NCBI GenBank assembly: GCA_965249205.1
Contig: CBDFLL010000002.1
Location: 170,810-234,809, forward strand
Source: Vicinamibacterales bacterium
GTDB lineage: Bacteria > Acidobacteriota > Vicinamibacteria > Vicinamibacterales > UBA2999
Length of the DNA: 64,000 nucleotides
Direction: 5' to 3'
Shown: positions 34,678-43,876 of the stretch, one piece after another
Layout of the letters: the number at the start of each line of letters is the position of its first letter
Position numbering within the stretch: the first letter of the stretch is position 1
Notes under the pieces: generated by a model
Seen by the model: only the letters and a program-made list of their open reading frames with translations
What the model was told of the DNA's origin: nothing
The model's database searches: none
Program-made: the position numbers and the translations under genes

Positions 34678-37600
34678 CTACCGGCGAGCGAAGAGATCCG
34701 GACCGTCGGCCGACATGCTGGACGACTGGCTACTCTGCAGGGCCTGCCCCATTCCTCCTGATGGGAGCGGCACACCGTGCGGAGCCTCCACGCCCGACAG
34801 GTCGTCGGGCCGGACATCGCTAAACAGCCGGGTCACCGCTGCCGGAATGCCTCTGACATCCTCGAGAATCACGTAGCTGACGGGGACCAACAACAGCGTC
34901 ACCACGGTCGCAAAGAGCACGCCGAATGCCAGCGACACCGCCATCGGAATCAGGAACTGTGCCTGCATGCTCCGCTCGAGCATGAGGGGCGCGAGCCCCG
35001 CGAAGGTCGTCAGCGATGTCAGGATGATTGGCCGGAAGCGCGCCGCCCCCGCCTCGCGCACCGCGGTCACCAGGTCTACATGCTCGAGTCGACGCTGATT
35101 GATGAAGTGCACCATGACGAGACTGTCGTTCACCACCACACCCGTTAAGGCGACCATGCCGAACATCGACATGATGGTCAGGATGTTGCCGGTCATGATG
35201 TGACCCCAGAACGCACCCACGAGGCCGAACGGAATCGCCAGCATGATGATGACCGGCTGCACGTAGGACCGGAGTGGAATCGCCAGCAGTGCGAAGATCG
35301 CGAACAGCGCGAGCGTAAAGCCGCTTTGGAGCCCCCCGATCGCGTCCCGCTGCTGCGACTGCATCCCTTCAAACGTGAAGTGCACGTCGGGATGACCGAT
35401 GAGTAGCTCAGGAATCACCCGCGCATCAAGGTCGCTGATCACGTCTCCCGCCGCCACCACGTCGCTATCGACCGTTGCGGTCACATTGACTGCGCGTCGC
35501 CGGTCGACGCGCGCAATCGAGGCATAGCCGCGCCCCTCGTCGACGACAGCCACCTGTCCAAACGGTACCTCGACGCCTGCTGGCGTCCTGACGCGCATGT
35601 TTTCGAGATCACCGATGGAACCGCGCTCGTCCCTCGGATAGCGCACCATGACCCGCACGTCGTCGCGGCCCCGCTGAATCCGTTGGGCCTCCTCGCCGTA
35701 GAAAGCCTGTCGCACCTGCCTCGCTAGATCGCGGAGCGAGAGCCCGAGCGTTTCGGCGGCCGGCTTGATTCCCAGCGCCACCTCGGCCTTGCCCTCGCGA
35801 AATGAATCGGAGATCTCGGACACACCGGAATAGTCTGCGAGTCGTGCCTTGATATCGTCGGCGACCGACCGCAACTCGTCGACGTCCGGTCCAGTCAGCT
35901 GCACATCGACGTCGGCACCGCCCCCGAACAGCGAAGCACCAAAGCTCACGTCGACCGCCTCGGGGATCGTTCCCGTCAGGTCGCGCCAGCGTTCGGCAAG
36001 TGCATCGCTGCCGACGTTTCGGTCTTCAGATGGCGCCAACTCGATGGTCACCTCTCCCAGATGGCTGCCGGATCCTGCCCCGGCATTCCCAGTAGGCAGC
36101 GGCCCTGCACCCGCCTGCGGTTGCTCGCCGACCGCCGAATACAGATGCTGATATAGCTCGCCCTGGCCTTCTTCGCGCATTTCGGCCCGCAGGCGCTCCG
36201 CGCCTTCTTCGAGCTGCCGCACGGCGGCTGTCGTGACTGAGGCGGGTGTGCCTTGCGGCATCGTGAGGGCCACAGACATCACATCAGCCTCGACCGCGGG
36301 GAAGAACTGAAACGCCAAGATCCCGGCGCCGACCATCCCGATCGTGACCATCAGCGTCGCCACGCCCAGGGCGAGCGACACATACCGCCACCGGAGCCCC
36401 AACTCCAGCGTGGGTTGGTAGGCCCGGCGGATGAACCACTGCAGCGAGCTGGCCACGCGGCTCTGGAAGCGATGCCACGGCCCGGGATGCTCCGGCGGGG
36501 ACGGCGCGTGCGACAGGTGCGCCGGCAGAATCCAGAGCGACTCGATCAGCGAAAACAGGAGACACGGGATCACGATCAGCGGAATCGACCGCATGATCTT
36601 ACCCATCGTCCCAGGCACCACCAGTAGCGGGGCGAACGCGGCGACCGTCGTGAGCACGGCAAACACCACCGGGACCGCGATCTCGCGCGTTCCCTCAATC
36701 GCGCCCTTGAGGCCATCTCCATGGCGTCGCTGATGGGTGTACACGTTTTCACCCACGACGATCGCGTCATCCACAACGATGCCAAGCACCAGGATGAACG
36801 CGAAGAGGGTAATCATGTTCAGCGTGACATCGAGGCCCGGGAGCATCCACAACGCCCCGAGGAACGAGATCGGTATGCCCAAGCTGACCCAGAAGGCGAG
36901 ACGGAGCTGGATGAAGAGCGCGAGTACGAGAAACACGAGCGCGAAGCCAGTTGCTCCGTTGCGCAACAAGAGGCTCAGGCGATCAGCCAGGAGACGAGAC
37001 TGGTCCTGCCAGACCGTCAGTGAGACGCCTTCAGGCAGACCCGCCTGCGCGTCTTCAACGTAGGCGCGCACGTGTTCAGCGATCTCGATGACGCTCTCGT
37101 TTCCAGCGCTGTACACCGAGAGCCGCACGGCCGGTTGGCCATCGAAGCGCCCGAACTGGTCGGTCTCCGCGAACCCATCCACGACCTCCGCCACGTCGCC
37201 CAGGAGAATCCGTGACCCATCCGGACGGGTCCACAACACCAGGCTCTCGTAGTCGTCGCCTCGATAGGCCTGTCCTTTCGTGCGTAACAGGATCTCGCCG
37301 CCTTCGCTCTTGACCGATCCACCCGGCAGATCGAGCGACGACCGGCGAACTGCGTCGGCGACCTGGTCGAAGGTCAGCCCATGCCGGCGAAGCATGCCCT
37401 CCGACACCTCGATGGCGATCTCGTACGGGCGCGCGTTGGTCACCTCGACCTGCGTGATCTCGGGAATGGCGGCCAGATCGTCCCTCACCCGCTCCGCGAG
37501 CAACTTGAGCGTCAACTCGTCTGAGTCGCCGGCCACCGCGATGTCGATCACCTGATTGCGACTCGTGAGCTCCCGAACGATCGGCTTTTCCGTCTCGTCT

Positions 37601-37959
37601 GGAAACGTGTCGATGGCGTCGACGCGGCTCTTGACGTCGTCAACGACCTTGCGCGCATCCGCGCCAAGCTCGAGTTCGACCTGTACCGCTCCTCGACCTT
37701 CGGACGCCGTCGACGTCACCTTCCTGATGCCATCGATGCCCTCAATCGCCTCCTCGATCCGGATCGAGACCGCCTGCTCCACCTCTTCGGGAGCGGCGCC
37801 AAGGTACTCGACCTCGATCAAAATCATGTCGAGGTCGACCTCTGGCATCACCTCCAACTTGATCGATGAGATCGACAGCACGCCTCCCGCGATGATGATG
37901 AACATCATCAGATTGGCCGCGACTGAGTTTCGAGCGAACCATTCGATGGCGCGATTCAT
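34678..37959 (-). CDS. efflux RND transporter permease subunit (AcrB/HAE family)
   Basis: 1093 aa with a typical AcrB-like N-terminus (IEWFARNSVAANLMMFIIIAGG) and 12-TM architecture. Confidence 0.9.
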   Translation of the reverse strand: MNRAIEWFARNSVAANLMMFIIIAGGVLSISSIKLEVMPEVDLDMILIEVEYLGAAPEEVEQAVSIRIEEAIEGIDGIRKVTSTASEGRGAVQVELELGADARKVVDDVKSRVDAIDTFPDETEKPIVRELTSRNQVIDIAVAGDSDELTLKLLAERVRDDLAAIPEITQVEVTNARPYEIAIEVSEGMLRRHGLTFDQVADAVRRSSLDLPGGSVKSEGGEILLRTKGQAYRGDDYESLVLWTRPDGSRILLGDVAEVVDGFAETDQFGRFDGQPAVRLSVYSAGNESVIEIAEHVRAYVEDAQAGLPEGVSLTVWQDQSRLLADRLSLLLRNGATGFALVFLVLALFIQLRLAFWVSLGIPISFLGALWMLPGLDVTLNMITLFAFILVLGIVVDDAIVVGENVYTHQRRHGDGLKGAIEGTREIAVPVVFAVLTTVAAFAPLLVVPGTMGKIMRSIPLIVIPCLLFSLIESLWILPAHLSHAPSPPEHPGPWHRFQSRVASSLQWFIRRAYQPTLELGLRWRYVSLALGVATLMVTIGMVGAGILAFQFFPAVEADVMSVALTMPQGTPASVTTAAVRQLEEGAERLRAEMREEGQGELYQHLYSAVGEQPQAGAGPLPTGNAGAGSGSHLGEVTIELAPSEDRNVGSDALAERWRDLTGTIPEAVDVSFGASLFGGGADVDVQLTGPDVDELRSVADDIKARLADYSGVSEISDSFREGKAEVALGIKPAAETLGLSLRDLARQVRQAFYGEEAQRIQRGRDDVRVMVRYPRDERGSIGDLENMRVRTPAGVEVPFGQVAVVDEGRGYASIARVDRRRAVNVTATVDSDVVAAGDVISDLDARVIPELLIGHPDVHFTFEGMQSQQRDAIGGLQSGFTLALFAIFALLAIPLRSYVQPVIIMLAIPFGLVGAFWGHIMTGNILTIMSMFGMVALTGVVVNDSLVMVHFINQRRLEHVDLVTAVREAGAARFRPIILTSLTTFAGLAPLMLERSMQAQFLIPMAVSLAFGVLFATVVTLLLVPVSYVILEDVRGIPAAVTRLFSDVRPDDLSGVEAPHGVPLPSGGMGQALQSSQSSSMSADGPDLFARR

Positions 37960-39218
37960 GACTGCCCCCGGTGTGCGAAGAGGAACTGCTGTCCCACTTC
38001 GGTCAGAGGCGCCGGCGGAGCAACCGTTGACCGCTGCGACGACGCGGCGTCCTTCGCGACCTGTACCCGCATCCCATCGGTGACGGCTTCAATAGGGGAG
38101 AGAATGACCCGCTCCCCAGCCGCGAGCCCACCGGAGATCACGACGTCCCGACTCGTCGATCGCAACACATCGACCGTCCGGATGCGAATTCGATCCTCGT
38201 CGTCAACCACGAGCACCTGGTCTCGTCCGCGCAACGCGGCCCGAGGAAGAACGACCACCTGGTCGGCGACCTGCCCTTCGATCTCCGCTTCGACGAACAT
38301 ACCCACCGCGAGTGGAGGACGCCTGGGATCGCTCCCGGGTGCATACGGGTCATTTACCTGGGCAATGACATTGACCATGCGACTCACCGGATCGATCTCC
38401 GCCTCGGTCCTGACGATCCGGCCCTCCCAGGCGTAGGACTCCCCGGCGAACTCGGCTCGCAGCGTCACGCGGGGACCGACTCGCTCCTCACGCCCGCGGT
38501 AGGCCAGCGGCACGTCCAGGTACGCCAGTTCTGCGTCCGGCAGCGGCAACCGCACCTCTGCGGCGTCAACGGCATACAGCGTGGCCACCGGGCTCCCGAC
38601 GGTCACGAACTGGCCGACATCGACGCTCTTCTGCCGGACTCGCCCCGCAAACGGGGCCGTCACTTCTGAGCGGTCGAGGTCCCGCTGCGCTCTCTCCAGA
38701 TTCGACTCGGCGGCCATGACCGACGCCCGGGCATCCTCGAGCTGCGGTTCGCGGAGCGTCAGCGCCGTGGCATCGCCTCGCCCGAGGTCGTCCCATTCGC
38801 GATGCGCGACGGCGGCTTCCGCTTCCTCCTGCGCGAGCCGAAGCCGACTCTGCGCCACCTGGGAGCGGGCGGCGATGACCGCCTGCTGGTAGTTGTACGG
38901 ATCGATCCGCAGAAGGGCGTCCCCTTCCTCGAAGAATCCTCCGGACGCGAAGGACGGCGATGCCCACATCACGCGCCCGGCGATCTCCGGAACCAACTGG
39001 CTCTCGACCCTGGGGCTGACCGTGCCCTGACTGACCACCGTCATCGGCAGGTCCTGTACGACAACCGTCTTGACCCTCACGCTCGGCAGCTCGACAGGTC
39101 GGGCCTGCGTCGGCACCTCGGGACGACTGCGAAACAGTGCGATGGTCGCCAACGCGGCTATCCCGATCACGACCAGCGGCAGTAGCACGCGAAGCGCAGT
39201 CTTGATGTGTGGCATCAC
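37956..39218 (-). CDS. efflux RND transporter periplasmic adaptor subunit
   Basis: 420 aa, HlyD/MFP-like, overlapping its neighbours by 4 nt on both sides. Confidence 0.85.
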   Translation of the reverse strand: MMPHIKTALRVLLPLVVIGIAALATIALFRSRPEVPTQARPVELPSVRVKTVVVQDLPMTVVSQGTVSPRVESQLVPEIAGRVMWASPSFASGGFFEEGDALLRIDPYNYQQAVIAARSQVAQSRLRLAQEEAEAAVAHREWDDLGRGDATALTLREPQLEDARASVMAAESNLERAQRDLDRSEVTAPFAGRVRQKSVDVGQFVTVGSPVATLYAVDAAEVRLPLPDAELAYLDVPLAYRGREERVGPRVTLRAEFAGESYAWEGRIVRTEAEIDPVSRMVNVIAQVNDPYAPGSDPRRPPLAVGMFVEAEIEGQVADQVVVLPRAALRGRDQVLVVDDEDRIRIRTVDVLRSTSRDVVISGGLAAGERVILSPIEAVTDGMRVQVAKDAASSQRSTVAPPAPLTEVGQQFLFAHRGQS

Positions 39219-40750
39219 TGGGGTTCACTCGATACGGTTACGGGGTCACGGTCCACCTGGAGCAACACCGGGGCCTCCAACTCATGGAAACCTCCACCGA
39301 GCGCCAGATACAAATCCACGCGGTTCTCGAGCAGCAGCCGACGAGCCGCGATCAGCTCACCGTCAGCCTGTAGCGCCAAGCGCTGCGACTCGAGCACCGT
39401 CACAAAATCTTCGAGCCCGGATCGATACCGGTCTTCGGCAAGTACCACCGCCGAGCGGGATTGCTCTGCAGACACTGCCAGGTAGCCAAGCCGCTCCTGG
39501 AAGAAGGCCTCTGCGGCAAGCGCGGCCTCCACCTCGGCATAGGCCTGCAGCGCGGCGGCGGCGTACGTCGCCAGCGACTCATCGACGCGCGCCTCTGCTC
39601 GATCGACGCCGGCCCGGAGCCGACCACCTTGAAAGATCGGTTGCAGGAGGCTCCCGGCGAAGCTCCACACCGAGAAGGCGGGATCGAGCAAGCTCTTGAG
39701 TGCGCCACTGGCAGTACCGGTGCTCCCAGTCAGGCTGATCCTCGGATAGAGATCGCGCTCGGCCACGACGAGTTGCTGATTGACCGCAGCCAGTCTCCGC
39801 TCGGCGGCCACCAGGTCGGGCCGGCGGCGCACCAGATCAGCGGGCAGACCCGCCGGCACAGCGGCCGGCACATCGGGCAGCTCGGAGGCGATCGGGAAGC
39901 CCACTCTGGAGTACTGCCCCAAGAGCACACCTAGCTGTCGCTCGGTCGCGTCGAGCTGCTGGCGTCGCTGTTGGAGCAAGGCCTCGGCGCCAGCCAGGCT
40001 GGACAGCGACAGGCGGACGTCGAGCGACGACCGAAGGCCGCTCTCGAAGCGGGCGCGCACCTGTTCGGACGAGGCTCGAAAGCTGACGACCGTCGCTTCG
40101 GCCAACGAAATCTGCTGGCGGGCCTCGACGGCGGCCAGCCACGCTTTGACGGCCTGTCCCGCGATCGACAACTGTGCACCGCGGTAGTCGGCAGCGGTGG
40201 CTTGCAGATCGGCCAGCGATGCCCTTGCGCCGGCTCTCAGCCGACCCCATAAATCCGCCTCCCAGGTGGTGTCGAGCGACACTCCCATGTTCGCCGACAC
40301 GGTACTCAGAACAGCCCCGGCGCTCCCAGGAATCGGAAAGCCAATGAAATTTTGCCTCCGTCGCGACCCGTTGAAGCTCGCCTGCACAGTCGGCAGCAGA
40401 CCAGAACCGGCGATGCGGGAATCTGCGGCTGCCTGCTCCAGTCGCGAGGCCGCGGCCAAGAGATCGCGGTTCTGCTCGAGCGCCCGCTGAACCACCTGGT
40501 CGAGTGCCGGATCCCCGAAGGCCGTCCACCAGTCCGGGGCAAGTCCTTCTGCGTTGTCTGCGTCCAGCTCGTCCCCGGGAGCCAACTCTGTTGCTGGTAA
40601 CTCGGGCGTCGTCCACGCTTCTGGCACCGCTACACCGATGTCCGGCTGCTCCACGGCGGGGGCCGTTGCCCCCATAGACGCGCATGAGACCGATCCCAGC
40701 GCGGACGCCAACACGACAGAGGCTAGCGGCAGACGAGACGCCGCCATCAT
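39215..40750 (-). CDS. efflux transporter outer membrane factor (TolC/NodT family)
   Basis: 511 aa. Signal sequence with a possible lipobox (GSVSC) and two OEP-type repeats. Confidence 0.85.
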   Translation of the reverse strand: MMAASRLPLASVVLASALGSVSCASMGATAPAVEQPDIGVAVPEAWTTPELPATELAPGDELDADNAEGLAPDWWTAFGDPALDQVVQRALEQNRDLLAAASRLEQAAADSRIAGSGLLPTVQASFNGSRRRQNFIGFPIPGSAGAVLSTVSANMGVSLDTTWEADLWGRLRAGARASLADLQATAADYRGAQLSIAGQAVKAWLAAVEARQQISLAEATVVSFRASSEQVRARFESGLRSSLDVRLSLSSLAGAEALLQQRRQQLDATERQLGVLLGQYSRVGFPIASELPDVPAAVPAGLPADLVRRRPDLVAAERRLAAVNQQLVVAERDLYPRISLTGSTGTASGALKSLLDPAFSVWSFAGSLLQPIFQGGRLRAGVDRAEARVDESLATYAAAALQAYAEVEAALAAEAFFQERLGYLAVSAEQSRSAVVLAEDRYRSGLEDFVTVLESQRLALQADGELIAARRLLLENRVDLYLALGGGFHELEAPVLLQVDRDPVTVSSEPQ

Positions 40751-41388
40751 CGGCTCACCGCCGCCGACTGACGGGAGGGCGCCGCCATGCCAGCCACGCC
40801 AAACTGCACGAGCGCGTCCAACAACGCGTCGGCATCACAAGGCTGACCCGTACCGAACATCTCACTCCCGCTCCACGTCATCGTGTTGATCAGCGCACTC
40901 ATCAGAAAAAAGATGCGCAACGCGACCTCTTCGGCTTCGAGATGCGGAAGGGCTCGCTGAAACGCTGGGACAAAGCGCTCGAAGACCTCGGCGAACTGCG
41001 TCTTCATGATCGACCGTACCAGTGTGTGGGGAACCCCGTGGAGCCGGCCGATCAACTGGAGAAACTTGGTCCCCTGCTCATCCCACTCGCGCCGCTGCTG
41101 AAAGACCGGGGCCAGGAGCGCATGCACGACCCCCTCGACGGAAGGTCCTTTGGCGGGGTCAGCCTCCAGTTGCGTCAACAACGCCAGGCGCGCCTGATTG
41201 ACCGGCCCGAACCGCCGCTTCAAGACAGACGCCAGGAGCGCCTCTTTGGAGCCAAAGTGGTAGTTGACCGATGCGAGATTGACTCCAGCTTTGGCCGTGA
41301 TATCCCGCAGAGACGTTGCAGCAAACCCATGCTCCGCAAACAAAGACTCCGCGGCGTCGAGAATCTTCACGCTTGTGGCGTGAGACAT
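40747..41388 (-). CDS. TetR/AcrR family transcriptional regulator
   Basis: ILDAAESLFAEHGFAATSLRDITAKAGVNLASVNYHFGSKEAL is the TetR HTH. It is the first gene of the RND operon. Confidence 0.9.
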   Translation of the reverse strand: MSHATSVKILDAAESLFAEHGFAATSLRDITAKAGVNLASVNYHFGSKEALLASVLKRRFGPVNQARLALLTQLEADPAKGPSVEGVVHALLAPVFQQRREWDEQGTKFLQLIGRLHGVPHTLVRSIMKTQFAEVFERFVPAFQRALPHLEAEEVALRIFFLMSALINTMTWSGSEMFGTGQPCDADALLDALVQFGVAGMAAPSRQSAAVSR

Positions 41389-41415
41389 AAGTCAGGGTCC
41401 CCCAGATCGCTTACT

Positions 41416-41442
41416 TAAACGTTCGTTTGAATCATACGTTTA
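41416..41442. promoter_or_regulatory. candidate TetR operator/promoter palindrome
   Basis: TAAACGT-N13-ACGTTTA in an unusually AT-rich stretch, 28-54 nt upstream of the tetR start. Confidence 0.35.
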
Positions 41443-41466
41443 TATACCTCCAAGAGCAAGGCGACC

Positions 41467-42510
41467 CGTGCTTATCCGGTTGTTTCAGCAAGCCACCACC
41501 GGTAGTGTATCGGCGTGGCGCGCCCGTCGTTTCCGAAGAATCTCCGGGAGTTTCAGCGGCAATTTGCGACCGCCGAGGCCTGTCAGGACTACTTGGCGGC
41601 GTGCCGCTGGCCGGACGGCTTTGTGTGTCCCCGGTGCCGGCACGCGCGCGGCTATCGCCTGACCACACACCGGCGCTGGCAATGTGCGGCGTGCCGGTAT
41701 CAGGTGTCGCTGACCGCCGGGACGATTCTCCACAACACGAAGTCGCCGCTCCTGGTGTGGTTCTGGGCGGCCTATTTGACGGTTACCGACAAGCGGGGCC
41801 TCTCGGCGCTCCTGCTGCAGCGGCAGTTGGGCCTGCGGCGGTACGAAACGGCGTGGCTGCTGTTGCACAAGCTGCGGCGCGCGATGGTGAACGCGGGGCG
41901 GGAGCCCTTGTACGGCGACGTGGAGATCGATGACACCTGGGTGGGCGCGCCCCAGGCCGGCCTGCGCGGCAGTCGCCAACTCAAGGGGCGGAAAGCCGCG
42001 CTGGTGCTGGTGGCGGTGGAACGACGCGGGGATCGGTCGGGTCGGGTCCGCATGTCCGTGATCCCGAACTTCAAACAATCGACGATGCTCGCGTTCGTCA
42101 CTCACCACATTGCGCCGGGGGCGACGGTCTACACCGACGGGCTGAAAAGTTTCGATGGGCTCCAGGCCGCTGACGTGAGACACGTCGCCCGCCCGCAACC
42201 GATCCGGAGCGCCCTGCACAGGGGGGTGCCCTCCGTCGTGCCTTTGGCCGACCGCGTCATCGGCAATTGCCAACAGTGGTTGATTGGCACGCACCACGGC
42301 GTCAGCAAGGCGCAACTACAGGTCTACCTCGATGAGTTCGTGTTTCGGCACAATCGGCGGCGGCACCCGATGGCCGCCTTTCAGACCCTGCTGGGCCTGG
42401 GGACCGGACGGACGCCCACGCCCGCCCGACGGATTCGCGGCGTGCAGGACGTGCGCCCCCCAGGCTGATCGCAAGATATAGGGGTTAGCTGAAACAACCG
42501 GATAAGCACG
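41467..42510 (+). mobile_element. IS1595-family insertion sequence, copy 2 (1044 bp)
   Basis: Same ends as copy 1. I found only 2 substitutions against copy 1: A13634/T41743 and C14334/T42443. The flanking 8-mers match only 6/8 (AGGCGACC left, AGGCGAGG right). Confidence 0.9.
41515..42468 (+). CDS. IS1595-family transposase
   Basis: 317 aa, differing from copy 1 at 2 residues (T->S, A->V). Confidence 0.85.
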   Translation: MARPSFPKNLREFQRQFATAEACQDYLAACRWPDGFVCPRCRHARGYRLTTHRRWQCAACRYQVSLTAGTILHNTKSPLLVWFWAAYLTVTDKRGLSALLLQRQLGLRRYETAWLLLHKLRRAMVNAGREPLYGDVEIDDTWVGAPQAGLRGSRQLKGRKAALVLVAVERRGDRSGRVRMSVIPNFKQSTMLAFVTHHIAPGATVYTDGLKSFDGLQAADVRHVARPQPIRSALHRGVPSVVPLADRVIGNCQQWLIGTHHGVSKAQLQVYLDEFVFRHNRRRHPMAAFQTLLGLGTGRTPTPARRIRGVQDVRPPG

Positions 42511-42558
42511 AGGCGAGGAGTGCGACCGTGAAGTCGAGCGTGTGTTGTGAAGAGGGCG

Positions 42559-43233
42559 TCAGGCGAAGATGAGCCGCCCGAAACGCTCAGGGGCGTGAAA
42601 GTTCAGCACTTCGCCAATTGGGGACCATGAAGCCCAATGTGGCTGTGACGTCTCGTCGCCACACTTGTAGAAATTCCCGGTCCAGGCTTCGGAGGCTATC
42701 GGCCGCCCGTGGCCGGTCACGTCCGCAAACAAGGACCAGGGAATCGTGTACTGGATGCTCCACGTCACGGGACGCGCAATCTCTGGATCGATGCGCTCCG
42801 GCAGGTTATGGAAACGCCGAATGCGATCATTCCACTGTGTTTCGAGTAGGCGGCAACGCCGGAAGCCCTCTGGTGTGCGGGTCCAGTCTTCGATGAACGA
42901 CGCCAACAGCGAACCGCCCGCGCTCATTTCAAAATTCAGATAGCCACCGGCCCCACCGGGGCGGACGAAAAACTCCGCGCACGAATCCTTGTGCACCTGC
43001 GCCTGAAACCCGACATTGGTCACGCGCACGTAACGGTCCATCACGCGGAAATGAACGTGAATGCCTTCCTCGCTATGCGCCACCTTGGCCTCGGTGAGTG
43101 GGCGGTGCGTCGAACTGCGTGAGTGAAAGTGCGAGACCGCGACCGGAGCGACCGCGCGCCAGTCCGCCGAACTCCAGCCGCTCTCAGGCGCGGGCGGACG
43201 TGCTGCGCGGGCAATCGTGTAGCTGTGTTCCAT
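42559..43233 (-). CDS. carbohydrate-binding family 9-like (DOMON-like) protein
   Basis: 224 aa. Resembles CBM9_2-type proteins (IHVHFRVMDRYV...DSCAEFFVRP...YLNFEMSAGG). The call is from memory of the family. Confidence 0.5.
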   Translation of the reverse strand: MEHSYTIARAARPPAPESGWSSADWRAVAPVAVSHFHSRSSTHRPLTEAKVAHSEEGIHVHFRVMDRYVRVTNVGFQAQVHKDSCAEFFVRPGGAGGYLNFEMSAGGSLLASFIEDWTRTPEGFRRCRLLETQWNDRIRRFHNLPERIDPEIARPVTWSIQYTIPWSLFADVTGHGRPIASEAWTGNFYKCGDETSQPHWASWSPIGEVLNFHAPERFGRLIFA

Positions 43234-43287
43234 GACCTCGCTACGGAGATCAGCCGCGAGAGCACAGCATCACGAATAGGGCTCCGC

Positions 43288-43758
43288 TCACCGGCGCTTT
43301 CGGCCCAGGCGAACCACGATGTCGTACTCAGCTTTGGTGACGGGCTGAACGGAAAGGCGGCTGCCCTTCTGCGTGACCTTCATCTTCTCGAGCCCTGGCG
43401 TGGTCTTCAGTGTCTCCAGCGCGATCGTGTTCTTGAACGCTTCCACAAACGCGATGTCCACCATGTACCAGGTCGGCTTCGCCTTGTCGCTCGAATCATC
43501 GAAATACTTGTGGCCCTTCTTCCAGGCGAATTGATCAGGGTACCCGGCACGGGCAATCGTGGCCAGGCCCGTCACCCCGGACGGTTCGGCATTTGACGCG
43601 TAGAACAGCACTGCGTCGCCGATTCGCATGTCGTCGCGCATGAAGTTTCGGGCCTGGTAGTTGCGGACGCCTTCCCAACTCGTCTCTCTATCCCGCTGAA
43701 GATCGAGGATGGTGTACGCGGCAGGCTCGCACTTCATCAGCCAGTACTTTTTCGCCAT
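43288..43758 (-). CDS. EVE (PUA-like) domain-containing protein
   Basis: MAKKYWLMKCEPAAYTILDL...WEGVRNYQARNFMRD.MRIGDAVLFYAS is the canonical EVE/DUF55 start. The ATG at 43758 is preferred. Confidence 0.8.
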   Translation of the reverse strand: MAKKYWLMKCEPAAYTILDLQRDRETSWEGVRNYQARNFMRDDMRIGDAVLFYASNAEPSGVTGLATIARAGYPDQFAWKKGHKYFDDSSDKAKPTWYMVDIAFVEAFKNTIALETLKTTPGLEKMKVTQKGSRLSVQPVTKAEYDIVVRLGRKRR

Positions 43759-43796
43759 GGGCACAGGATACAACGCGCGGTCGCTCGGCTCCGGCT

Positions 43797-43853
43797 GCAG
43801 GCGTTGCGCCTGCAACCGGTCACGATGAATTAGCGCGCAGGCGTTGCGCCTGC
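43797..43853 (-). terminator. two copies of a 17-nt hairpin-forming repeat downstream of the M61 gene
   Basis: GCAGGCGTTGCGCCTGC occurs at 43797-43813 and 43837-43853. Each forms a 7-bp stem with a 3-nt loop. No U-tract. Confidence 0.3.
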
Positions 43854-43876
43854 GTTCCGCCGCGACGGGCTGGCAG

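Noticed and set aside
13358-42510. Reading the two IS1595 copies as the arms of a 29-kb composite transposon.
   Set aside because: Copy 1 has its own perfect 8-bp duplication and splits a gene on its own. The outer flanks of the pair do not match. The interior is largely housekeeping (purEK, icd).
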